Positions 1 to 22,100 of a stretch of DNA of 64,000 nt are shown in pieces. This DNA is from the human T2T-CHM13v2.0 reference genome, Homo sapiens: assembly GCF_009914755.1 (NCBI RefSeq), contig NC_060933.1; one strand, 5' to 3'. Made by a program: the position numbers and the translations under genes. The notes under the pieces are model-generated. The model was not told the origin of the DNA, did no database searches, and was given only the letters and a program-made list of their open reading frames with translations. Positions within the stretch are counted from its first letter, which is position 1; each line of letters begins with the position of its first letter.

Positions 1-1047
1 GGCCCATGCATTTCTTATTCCTGAAAGACTGTTTGTCTGTTAACAGGTATGAATTTGCAAGCACAGGTTCTGGTGTGCAGAAAATATCAACTTCTTCTGC
101 TTTAACCAATCAATAGAAATCCAATTTCTGTCACTTGCTATGGAATTCAGCATCAGAAATTGTTCTAATGGAGATACCCATGAAAGTGTGCACTAAACCC
201 AGGATCTTAGCACCAAAGCACAAAGCTCCTCAGGCTGCACTGCTCTCAGCTGCTACCACTGCAACACTCAATGCAATCCTGCATGGTCCTCTCAGCTCTG
301 TGCCTGCTTCTATCTCTGGGGACAGAAAGAATGTCAACAAAGATGATATCTCTTCCCTTGGGCACAACATTGTCATTTATTCTAAGGTCTTTGCCTCTTT
401 AGGCCATGGGTACTGAACACTGCACAGCAAAACCAGGCTTTCTACCTCAGCAAAGTATAAAGAAATTATCATATTCTCTCCCTTCAGTCTCATTTTCTGT
501 CTCTCCCTGCCTCTATTTCTTTCTCTTTGACTCAGGTCTTGTCAGGGACACTTGCATAACCTTCCGCTTGTCATCAGGCATTTACAAACAATTCCAAGTG
601 CTGCTTTAAGTACCTCCTGTGTACAGCCCTTCAAAGATGGACTAGACAGGCAAAAACCACCAAGACCCAGAGAGTCTGCTCAAAATGAGCTAGGCAAATG
701 CAGATGTGACAGAATTGTAAGATACAATGAGACCAAGCTAGGATAACTCAAGAAATTATACTAACACACATGCCAATCACTAACCTTTTCGGCCTTTCCT
801 TTTCTCTGGTTTTCCAATATTATTTTCATAAACAAACACCAATCATTTTCCTACGACACTTCAAAGTATCTCTCTGAAGTTCTCCACATCTCATTACCTG
901 TGGATCCCACTGTAGATAAGCTTCCCTCTGACACTCTGGTCCTGTCAGATGCCACAATGGTCCCCAGTGCCCAAATCCAGTGGTGACTCTTGGCTCTTGT
1001 TCTCCTTTACTCCTCTTTCATATTTCATCCTGTGTTACTATGATTGG

Positions 1048-1474
1048 TGTATTAGTCAATTCTCACATTACTATAAGGAAGTATCTGAGACTGGGTAATT
1101 TATAAAGAAAAGAGTTTTAATTGACTCATGGTTCTGCAGGCTGTACAGGAAGCATGATGCTGGCATCTGCTCAACTACTGGGAAGTCCTCAAGAAACTTC
1201 CACTCATGGCAGAAGGTGAAGCAGGAGCAGAACTTCACATGGCTAGAGAAGAAGCAAGAAAGAGAGGGAGGGGGGACTACACACATTTAAAACACCAGAT
1301 CTCATGAAAACTCACTCACTATCACAAGGACAGTACCAAGAGGGGATAGTACTAAACCATTCATGAGAAATTCACCCCCATGATCAAGTCACCTCCCACC
1401 AGGCCCCACCTCCAACACTGGGGATTACAATTCGACTTGAGATTTGGTGGGGGACATAGATCCAAACCATAACA
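1048..1474 (-). mobile_element. MaLR solo LTR (MSTA/MSTB-like)
   Basis: TGTATTAGTC...CCAAACCATAACA termini; 5-bp TSD ATTGG. Confidence 0.85.
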
Positions 1475-1619
1475 ATTGGAGTATACAGTACAAAAAGTTA
1501 TAATATTATGTAATATGCAGGGATAAATAAGCAACAGATGCAATTGAATTACTCCTAAAAATCTCCCTGTAGGGTCTTTGGGGAATAGCTAGGTGATGTT
1601 TCCTGTATTTTTTTTTAGC

Positions 1620-1880
1620 ACACTAGAAGCCATTGGGAATCTTTACAAATGCAGAGGGCTGGTTCAACCGCCAGTCATAATGACTTCATTGCCTCAGCGT
1701 GCGGCATAGCAGGTGGAGTTCTTAGAGATCGCCAGGAGATTCCAATGTGCTGCTATGTTGGAGAACCACTGGGCTGGGGTAAGGATGCAGGTTGCAGTGG
1801 GGGCCAGGAAAAACTGGCTGATCTGAGAATGATCAGGTGTCATTTTAAGGAAGAGATTCCAGGGTATAGGTGATTGGACT
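1620..1880. mobile_element. Ancient L2-like fragment
   Basis: Degenerate L2 3'-region motifs (GAAGCCATTGG..., ...GGTGATTGGA). Confidence 0.4.
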
Positions 1881-2999
1881 TTACTATAAAGTTAGTTTTC
1901 TCTAAGCAGGAGAAGTACAAGCTGTGTCATTCCTAAATCATGTGGAAACACAGCAGTCTTATTGTGAATGCACGGAAGATATGCAGGGAAGACGGTTAAC
2001 AAACTACTGGAAAAGGCATTTGAAGTCCTACATATATTTACATACAGGCAGATCTGAATATTTCCCCCTTTCTCTTGGGTAGAAAGCATGCAAGAACTGG
2101 AATAGGTACCTTCTTTGGTTTAATACTGGAACTAAAGAGTATGAAAAAGAACTAAAAAAGTGATTTGGTGGTGAGAAAGAAATAGGAATGATTACCTCAG
2201 GTTACACCACAAGCAACTTTAAAGCCCTATTGCCCTGGACTTTTGCCTAATACAGACCCTCCACTTTCCTCTTGATCACCTTTTCTCCAACTCACAATTC
2301 TCTGTGACTTCCTCTTTTACCCACAGCAACTACTTCAGTTCCTCTCTTCAAAGAGGTGAATCATCCTAGGATGGGTCCTCCTGTGGCATACCTAACCTCA
2401 TCCCTATGTATCACAGAATTATTAATCATACAGGCTTTGCCTTTTTTTAGTTCTACTAATAAGAGCACTTAGTACACTTTTCACTCTGTAGCCAGGTTCT
2501 ATGGTTCCACCATCTTCCTACCCATCAGCCCCAGAAGCTGCAAATATCTCATGATCAAGTGCAATTTCTTTTAATTAACATGTGTTGAGCAGCTATCCCA
2601 CAGTCAGCTCACAGGAGCTCACTGTCTAGTGTAAGAAGCTGATAAGTAACAGGGGAATAAGTGCTATGAGATCAGAAGAGCATAATTGAGAACATAATGA
2701 ACCCATAGGGAATGGGGTCCTCTTCATTGCCATCATGGGAAGAAGGAAACCTAGAGGAAGCAACATAAGGGAAGAAAGTTTGCATAACCAAAGACAACAG
2801 GAAATCTTTTAAAATACTGATGCCTGGTTCCCACACTTGGACACACTGATTAATTTTTGCAGCATTCCAGTTGATTCCATAGCAGTTGATTCCAATATGC
2901 TACAAATTTGTAATACCAGTGGGATGGGTAAGGGCCCAGGTTTGAAATGGGAGCCATGGATGACTGGCTGATCTAAGAGGTCAGTCATATTACTGAGAA

Positions 3000-12902
<9,903 letters not shown>

Positions 12903-13084
12903 ATATCCCACTGATAAAAGCATCAGATCTCATGAGACTTATTCAATATCATGAGAACAGTATGGGGGAAACTGCCCCAATAATTCAAATTATCTCCCAC
13001 TGAATCCCTCCCATAATATGTGGGAATTGTGGGAGTACAAGTCAAGATGAGATTTGAGTGGGGACACAGAGCCAAACCATATCA
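12903..13084 (-). mobile_element. THE1 LTR half
   Basis: ...GGGACACAGAGCCAAACCATATCA terminus; the other half is deleted at the L1PA junction. Confidence 0.85.
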
Positions 13085-14272
13085 AGCTGGTACTGTGACC
13101 TGGAGGACTGTCAGGTGAGAGTTCCTACTCATGACTAGTTCTGTACTTTCTATTGGTTGCCCTCAAGCTACTGACCAATTGGAATCACTGCTCACAGGGC
13201 CCTACTTGATATCTCATTGGCTGCCCACACTTAATCCTCACTCTGCTATTGCTGGTACCCAAAAGTTTGGACTTTTCCCTGTGACTTGCTGTTATTGAAA
13301 GGATGTCACCTGGAATCTGATCAGAGGGAGGGAAAATTGCAGAAACAGCAAACAGCCTTACCTGAGAGGCTCTTGGTGCCCTTTTCACCTGGCAGCCAGG
13401 GTGATCGGGTAGGGAGAATGGAGAAACTCAGAGGAGGTGATACTATCCTAAGACCCCACAGGAGGAAAGGTGTTCTGCACTGTTTTGATATTTCATTATA
13501 TTAAGGAAATGCTGTCCTTTTCAACTATAAAACCCGTTATAATTTTCTGACTCTACTTGGCATTAGTATTTTTTTTTCACAAATACCTCTCCCAACTTTT
13601 TACTTTTGAGTCAGGGTCTCACTCTCTCACCTAGACTTGAGTGCAGTGGCATGATCATTCCTCACTACAGCCCCAAACTCTGGGCTCAAGCAATCCTCCT
13701 GCCTCAGCTTCCCAAGTAGCTGGGACTACAAGCATGTGCCACCACACCCAGCTAGTTTAAAAATTTTTTTTTGTTGAGATGGGGTCTTGCTATGTTGCCC
13801 AGGCTGGGCTGGTCTCAAGCTCCTGGCCTCAAATGATCCTTCCACCTAGGACTCCCAAAGTGTTGGGATTACAGGAATGAGCCACTGTGCGTGGCTACCA
13901 CTTTTTTGACCTTACAGAATTCCTGTGAGCCTCCATCCACAAAAATATGGAAGCCTTAAATATTTTGGTTGAATTCATTCCTAATTTGCTACAAGGTATG
14001 AATGCAACATTTTCTGACAGAGAGTCATTACTGAAGGACCTACAACATTCAAGGGACTTGCTATCATTTCTTCTTCCTTTTGGTTTAGTTTCCTGTACAG
14101 TAAATTATGTATGAAAAATTAAGAATAAATTATATGATAGATAATAGTAATTATTTATTTGTTATGTAATCATTCTTTGCAATCTCTATTATACCTTTGC
14201 TGATGTCCAAGTCAGTCACCATGGGATATTAGAACCATGCAAAATCAGACTTAGTGTTTGCATTTTCATATG
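13085..14272 (+). pseudogene. Unprocessed relaxin/INSL4-like pseudogene (exon-1 3' end, intron with AluJ, exon 2, 3'UTR)
   Basis: Exon-1 relic LVL*PGGLS with donor CAG|GTGAGAG at 13114/13115. Intron 13165-13480 aligns to INSL4 intron 28820-29150. Acceptor TTACAG| at 13917. Exon 2 reads EFL*ASIHKNMEALNILVEFIPNLLQGMNATFSDRESLLKDLQHS, with an 18-nt exact match GAATTCATTCCTAATTTG (13971-13988 = 30796-30813). 14200-14272 aligns to INSL4 3'UTR 31028-31100. Confidence 0.88.
13597..13896 (-). mobile_element. AluJ
   Basis: Diverged antisense Alu with J-type CTCAAGCAATCCTCC; sits in the pseudogene pyrimidine tract. Confidence 0.85.
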
Positions 14273-15444
14273 TCCGTAAGAAACAGTCTTCCCAAAACTT
14301 TGTGTCAACAGTTAATCCTTTTTGCTAAAGAAGTTGTTCTGTCTTTTTATTAATGATATGAAGATATCAATAGTTTTTAAATCATATTTACTTTAAATTA
14401 ATCATAAAGTTTTTTTAATTACATTAACAAATATAATAACTTTATCCTGCCTAACTCCAGGTGCATAAAGACAACAAAACTGTTTTATGTACTTTGTCAA
14501 TTTAAATCATGTGAAAATAAAACCTCAAACCTTGCAATTTTCTGCTTGTGTCAGAGTGGACATACTTTGTATTATGGACATATTATTCGGAAACAACCAG
14601 AATATTTCCCAAATCTATTTTATTTGGAGTCTCATACCCAAATAAATTTGATTGTTGTTTAAAATAGTGGCCTTTTATGCTTCTAAGAGATCCAAGTCTG
14701 TATTGTTATATCAGAAAATCATTAGTCTTAAATGATTGCTTCTGTGTGTAACAGTCATAAATTAATAAGTGTATTCTCTGATGTGTAAGAAATAGCCTAC
14801 TTCTTTTTAATAAATGAAAGAAATTGAACTCTTCCACTGGGTGAAAAATTAATCTACAGACTTTTTTTTTAATGTTTTCCCTATTGAGTTGTGTCATGAA
14901 CCCTGGGTCTTAGTACCAACGCATCCAATATCTCAGGGCCCACCATGTTCAATGGCTCCTGCCTCAACACTCTCAGTGCTAATCTGAATGGACCCCTCTC
15001 TCAGTGATTTTCTCTCTGCATGGGTGCAAGAAAACTTTGTCCAAAGTTGCTGTCTCTATCCTGGGGTCCTACACATCTCCAACTCAAAGGTCTTCAACTC
15101 TCCATGGCTCTACCACTGAGCAGTGTACAGCAGAAACCAGGACTTGAACTAGATATAGATAAGAAATATTAATCTGTTTATATAATCTCTCACCTCCTTT
15201 CTTTGTCTTATATCTTGTGAGAGACCATTGCACAACATTTGGCTGAACAAGAATTTACAAATCATGGTAACTGTACCTTTAAGACTCCTTTTGACTTCCC
15301 TGTGATAGTTCACTCATTTGTCCTACTGGTTGGTGCATATGTCAAGGTTGCAACTTTTCCATTTCTTGATGGATGTATAGGCAACAAAAGCAATTAAAAT
15401 ACTCTCAATATATTGCAACAGGGTCTTTGGGCTGTGGATTGGAT

Positions 15445-15625
15445 TGGTTTCTCAACTTTTCAGCACACTAGATAAAACAGGGGGTCTTTCAAAATATTGG
15501 TGACCAGCTCTGATACCAAGATATACTGATTTGATTGTTTCAAACAGGCAACATAGGCACTGGGAGTTTTACTTAAAACTTCCCCAGGGAATGAAATGTG
15601 CAGTAGGAACGGAAAATGACTGAGC
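15445..15625. mobile_element. MER5-like hAT DNA transposon relic
   Basis: GGTTTCTCAAC start and a degenerate MER5 body. Confidence 0.45.
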
Positions 15626-15734
15626 AAGATTAGTGACTAGTTTGAGTAGGAGAAGATAGACCATTGGCTGAGCTAAAGTCATGCTATTGAGGAAGGAGAG
15701 TTCAGATTAAAGAGGATAGTGTTATTATTCTTTC

Positions 15735-16207
15735 TGTGAACAAATGTGAACCTGAAAGAGCCAATCTTTCAAGATGTATCCCAAGTGGCTAATTGAGCCT
15801 AAATTTTAAAAGAGCTAAGCAGTCATTTTCTGAATAGAGGTCCCACACATATGGCTACTTCTTTAAAAAACTGCACTTTTTCAACTTCGAAAGACTATCA
15901 GACCTCACCTCAACCAACAAATCAGAGTTCAGCTACCCCAACCAATAGGGGCTCAGCTGTGTCAACCAATCAGAACTCAACTATTTTGACTAATTAGAAG
16001 TAAGCACATTTGAATCCTTCATTTGCATAAACACACTTGATTGGAAATCTCAATGGGAACTTTTGCTATAAAACCCCAACCCTCTCTTTGTTCTCTGGAA
16101 TCACCTTTCATTTTACACGGGAGGCTGAGTCTTCCCAGTATGCAATTTATTTATTAGAATAAAGTATCTTTTCTCCAAATTCCTTTGCCAGACAACTTTT
16201 GTTTACA
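15735..16207 (+). mobile_element. Solo ERV LTR (LTR47/MER72-like, family uncertain)
   Basis: TGTGAACAAA...TTTGTTTACA inverted termini, TTTC TSD, CCAAT boxes, TATAAAA at 16067, AATAAA at 16158. Confidence 0.75.
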
Positions 16208-16219
16208 TTTCTTATAATT

Positions 16220-18690
16220 CTGAACTCAAAACCCAGAGAGTTATTTAACAAATGGTGTTACATCCATATTATGAATAGTTGTCAGCAAGAAGAAGCAACT
16301 AAGTATTAATGCACCAGTCAACTAAGGAGAATCACCACAGTTGTAGGCTGAGTGAAAATAGCCAGTCCTAAAAGGTTACATTCTGTATGACTGCATGATA
16401 AAATATCTTGAAAAGACATAATTATAGAACGGGAGAACCATTTTACTATGGGTTAAGGCCAGTGGGGTAAAAAGTGGGAGGGAGGAGTGTGCGATTATGA
16501 GAACTTTTGTGGTATTGGAATCGTTTTATGTTTTGATAATATCATGTCAATATTCTGGTTCTGATATTGTAATATAGTTTTTCAAGATGTTGCCATTGAA
16601 GAAAAGTGGATACAATGTAGACAGAATATCTCTCCACTATTTCAGATCTTCACATGTGTGATGCTACATTATCTCAAAATTTAAAAATTAATTTCAAAAA
16701 TTTATCAAAGTCCTATGTGTAATAGGTATTGGGTGTGGGATGGTTGATGTTGGAAACACATAAAAAAGTAGCTATTCTAGAAAATATGAGGAAGTAGGAA
16801 TGAATTTGATTAAGATATGTAAAAGATAAGGAGATTCACCCAAGAATATATAATAGAAGTGCTACTAAAGTATGCCTAAAACTACCATGAGAAACTGATA
16901 CATCAGCTTAATTTATTTTGCATATATAAATGCACAGTGACTATGACTCTAAATGAGGACAAAAACAAAGAACAAGGCAATAATGTTTGCTTCAACCACT
17001 TGTATTTTGCATAGTAGTGGAAGACTTAGCCAGACAAATCAGGTGAGGAAAAAAGGCATGAAAATTGAAAAGGAAGAAATACGTATTCTCTCTTTGCAGA
17101 TGATATAATTACATATGTTGAAAAACTGAAAGATCTAAAAACAGCTAATAGAACTAATGAACAATTTCCATTAAATGACAGGATACAAATTCAACATGCA
17201 AACATTGGTTTCCAATGAACATAAAAAATGAAATTATGGAAAAAACTCCATCTTCAATAGCATCAAAAACAATAAAGTATTTTGTCATATATTTAGAAAA
17301 ATATTGCTGAATGATATTAAAGAAAACATAAATGTTGGGAATAGGCCTCCCAAAATCTGGCCATAAGCTGGCCCCAAAACTGGCCATAAACAAAATATTT
17401 GCAGCACTGTGACATGTTCATGATGGCCATAATGCCCACACTGGAAGTTTGTGGGTTTACTGGAATGAGGGCAAGGAATACCTTGCCCATCCAGGGCGGA
17501 AAACCGCTTAAAGGTGTTCTTAAACCACAAACAATAGCATGAACAATCTGTGCCTTAAGGACATGTTCCTGCTGCAGATAACTAGCCCAACCCATCCCTT
17601 TATTTCGGCCCATCCCTTTGTTTCCCATAAGGGATACTTTTAGTTAATCTAAAATCTATAGAAACAATGCTAATGACTGGCTTGCGGTAAATCTCTGTTC
17701 AGGGCTCTCAGCTCTGAAGGCTGTGAGACCCCTGATTTCCCACTTCACACTTCTGTATTTCTGTGTGTGTGTCTTTAATTCCTCTAGCGTCACTGGGTTA
17801 GGGTCTCCCCGACCGAACTGGTCTTGGCACATAAATAAATGGAAACACCTGTCTTATTCATAGGTTTCCTGGATTAGTAGACTTAACATTGTTAAGATGT
17901 CAATACTACCCAAAAGGGGTCCACAGGCTTGCTATTATCTCTATCTAAATCCCAAAGGTAGTTTTTCTTTTCTTTTTTTCTTTTCTTTTCCTTTGCAGAA
18001 ATAGAAAAAAACCTTCCTAATATTCATATGGAATCTCAAGAATTCCCAAATAACCAAAACTGTCTTTTAAAAAGAACAAAATTGGAGACTCACACTTTCT
18101 GATTTTAAAACTTTCTACAAAGCTACAGTCATCAAAAGATTATGGTGTTGATATAGAAGACTCATATGGACCAATGGAATTGAATAGAGAGAACAGAAAC
18201 AAATCTGATATTTTGTTAAGTGACATTTGACAAAAGTACCAAGGCAATTTCCATGGGGAAAGAACAGTCTTTTCAACAAGTGATGCTGGAAAAACTGGAT
18301 AGCCACATGAAAAAGAAGAACTTGAATCATCACCTCACACCATATAGAATATTTAACCCAAAATATATGAAACACAAAATATAAGAAATAAGCATAATGT
18401 TTTAGAAAAATCCATAGGGGAAATTTTCTTGACATTGGAAATTGTCAAGAAAAAATTTGTCAAGAAAAAATTGGAAATTGTCAAGAAAAAAATTTTCTTG
18501 ATGTTGGATTTTGTAAAGATTTTGCAGATATCATGCCAAAATAACCCCATAAATATTCAACTTCATTGAAAACTTTTGTGCATAAAAGAACACTAACAGA
18601 GTGAAATAAAAACACAAAATTAGAAGAAATGATAGCAAATCATGTGCCAGATAAGGATTAAATATCCAGAACACATAAAATAGAAAACAA
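16220..18690 (+). mobile_element. Old L1M fragments (interrupted by MER9)
   Basis: Degenerate L1 3'UTR and ORF2-like sequence. Confidence 0.65.
17333..17829 (+). mobile_element. MER9 solo LTR (HERV-K HML-3)
   Basis: TGTTGGGAATAGGCC...CTGGCCATAA repeats...GGCA; 6-bp TSD CATAAA. Confidence 0.9.
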
Positions 18691-19164
18691 TTTTTAGAAA
18701 ACATTTTTGCATGTTATGTAGAGACACCTAGGAATTCATTTTTAAATAATCAATTACATTGTAGAACAGAATTACATATGGACTATTCTCCAAATTTTGT
18801 CAACCCATAAAAATGCCTTCAAAACATCACTTTTGAGAAGCCTCTCCCAGATACTATGTCTTGGTGAAAACTCATCTAAATCACTGACTCTGACATTCCT
18901 GTAGCCCTAGACAGTTATTATTAGAAGAGTTACACATGCTCAATGTTTGATAAATGATGAGCGGGCCATCCTCAAATTTATGAGGACCATAGATAATTTT
19001 TTATTGGGAACAAAAATAATTTATTAATTTATTTCAAGTAAGCCCTCCAGCTTATATGAGTAAAGCAGATCTGGTCTGAATAAACTCCCTTCTTAAAGAA
19101 AACAGACTTATAAACAAGAAGTCCTATTTGGATATAAAATTTTTCTATACTTTGAGAGTCATCT

Positions 19165-22100
19165 GATGAGCCCATTGCCCCACAACTTTGCTGACTTGTT
19201 TAAAACTTTAAAATGTGATGAGGTAGCTACCATCTCTGTGGTTCCATATCAACTGTTCCAGCCTGCTGGCTGTGAAGAGTGCAGATGGCCCAGAAGAGTA
19301 GCTGTCCCCACCCCTACCACCCCATGGTGCAGTGCAACTAACTTTCCAGATCATGGCCAGACTACTTCTCTAACTGGGTCCTGACCCACTCCTCCTCTCT
19401 AGGCAGGTCTTTGGTTCTGTGGACAGAGACTTGATCTCTCCCTAGAAGGGAGCTCCTGGAGTGAGAGGCAGCCCCCATTTCTATGGTTCCATAAACTCAG
19501 TCATTCCAGCCTGAGCTGTTCAACCCTGCCAGCTGTGAAGAATACAGGTGGTCCAGATGAAGAAGCCACCCCAACCCCACAATACACCTGCTCTACCAAG
19601 AAACAGCCAGACAGCTTCATTAGAAGGGTTCCTGATTCTGTCCCACATGTCTGGGTGAGATCTCCCATTGAGGGTCGCCAGCCATCTCCTGCAGGTGCAT
19701 ATATGCCAACAGCAGGTCAGTGCCCCCTAGAATGGAGGTGCCAGAGGGTAGAGTTGGTTCCCATCTTTGCTGTTTCACGGCCTTCACTGGTGATACCTCC
19801 AGAGGTGGGAGAGGCAGGAGACTGGGGTCTGAAGTGGACCCCTAGAAAACCAAAGCAGTCCTACAGTAGAATGGCTTGACTGTTAAAAGAAAAACAAAGA
19901 ACAACAAGAACAACATTAACAGAAATGACCCCACAAAAACCCCTTTCAAAGCTCAGCAACCTTAATGATCTAAGGTAGTTAAGCCCACAAAGATGAGAAA
20001 GAATAAATGCAAAAATACCGAAAAGTCAAAAAGGCAGAGTGCCTCTTCTCCTTCAAATGACTGCAACACTTCTGCAGCAAGGGCACAGAACTGGGTTGAG
20101 GCTGAGATGGCTGAATTGACAGAAATAGGCATCAGAAGGTGGGTAATAATGAACCTCACTGAATTAAAGAAGCATGTTGTAACCCAATGCAAAGAAGCTA
20201 AGAATCAGGATAAAACAATACAGGAGCCGATAGCCAGAAAAGCAAATTTAGAGAGGAACATAACTGACCTGATGAAGCTGAAAAATGCAACATGAGAAAC
20301 TCACAATTCAATCATAAGTATCAATAGCAGAACAAACCAAGCAGAGGAAAGACTCTCAGAGCTGGAAGACTATCTTTCTGAAATAAAACAGGCAGACAAG
20401 AATAGAGGAAAAAAGAATTTTTTTAAAAATAACAAAATATCCAAGAATTATGGGATTATGTAAAGAGACCAAATCTATGAATGACGGGGGTACATGAAAG
20501 AGACAAGAAGAATGGAACCAAGTTGGAAAACATACTTCAGGATATCATTCAAGAGAACTTCCCCAACCTAGCAAGACAGGCCAACATTCAAATTCAGGAA
20601 ATGCAGACAACCCCAGTAAAATATCCCATGGGAAGATCAACCTTAAGACACATAATCCTCAGATTCTCCAAGGTCGAAATGAGAGAAAAAATGTTAAGGG
20701 CAGCTAGACATAAAGGCCAGGTCACCTGCAAAGGAAAACCCATCAGAGTAACAGTGAACCACTCAGCAGAAACCCTACAAACCAGAAGAGATTGGGAGCC
20801 AGTATTCAACATACTTAAAGAAAAGAAATTCCAACCCAGAATTTTATATGGAGGAAACAACAATAACAACATTACCAGCCACTACAAAACACATTGAAGT
20901 ACACAGACCAGTGACACTATGAAGCCCACACAAATAAGTCTGCAAAATAACCAGCCAGCATCAGGACAAGATCAAATTCACACATAACAATACTAACCTT
21001 AAATGTAGATAGGCTAAATGCCCTAATTAAAAGATACAGAATGGCATACTGGATAAAGAGCAAAACACCCATTGCTATGCTGTCTTCAAAAGACTCATCT
21101 CCATGCAAAGACACAATAAGCTCAAAATAAAGGGATGGAGGAAAATTTACCAAGCAAATCTATAACAGAAAAAAGCAAGGATTTCAATCCTAGTTTCTGA
21201 CCAAACAGACTTTAAACCAACAAAGATCAAAATAGAAAAACAAGGGCATTACATAATGGTAAAGGGTTCAATTCAAAAAGAAGAGCTAACTATCCTGAAT
21301 ACATATGCACCCAACACAGAGCACCCAGATTCATAAAGCAAGTTCTTAGAGATGTACAATGAGACTTAGACTCCCACACAATAATAGTAGGAGACTTTAA
21401 CACCCGTCTGTCAGTATTAGACAGATCATCGAGACAAAGTTAACAGATATTCAGGACCTGAACTCAGCTCTGGATCAAGTGGACCTGATAGATATGTACA
21501 GAACCCTCCACCCCAAAACATTCTCATTGACACACAACACTTACTCTAAAGTTGATCACATAATTGAAAGTAAAATATTCCTCAGCAAATGGAATAGAAA
21601 TAAAGTCATAAGTCTCTTAGACCACAACACAATCAAATTAAAACTCAAGATTAAGAAACTCACTCAAAAGCACACAACCACATGGAAATTGAACCACCTG
21701 CTCCTGAATGACTCTTGAGTAAATAATAAAATTGAGGCAGAAATCAAGTTGTTTGAAACTAATGAGAACAGAGACAACATACAAGAATCCCTGGGATGCA
21801 GCCAAAGCAGTCTTAAGAGAGAAATTTATAGCAATAAATGCACACATCAAAAAACTAGAAAGATCTCAAGTTAACAACCTTACATCTCAACTAAAAGAAC
21901 GAGAGAACCAAGAACAAACAAATCCCAAAGCTAGCAGAGGAACAGAACAACCAAGATCAGAGTCAAACTGAAGGAGATAGAGACATGAAAAACCCTTAAA
22001 AAAATCAAAAAATTCAGGAGCTGGTTTCCTGAAAAAAAAATTAACAAAATAGATATATTGCTAGCTAGACTAATAAGAAAAGAGAGAAGAATCAAATAAA

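Noticed and set aside
1649-1873. ORF with HNDFIASACG and CC, superficially like a relaxin B chain
   Set aside because: No signal peptide, wrong Cys spacing, no matching donor or intron homology; the DNA looks L2-derived.
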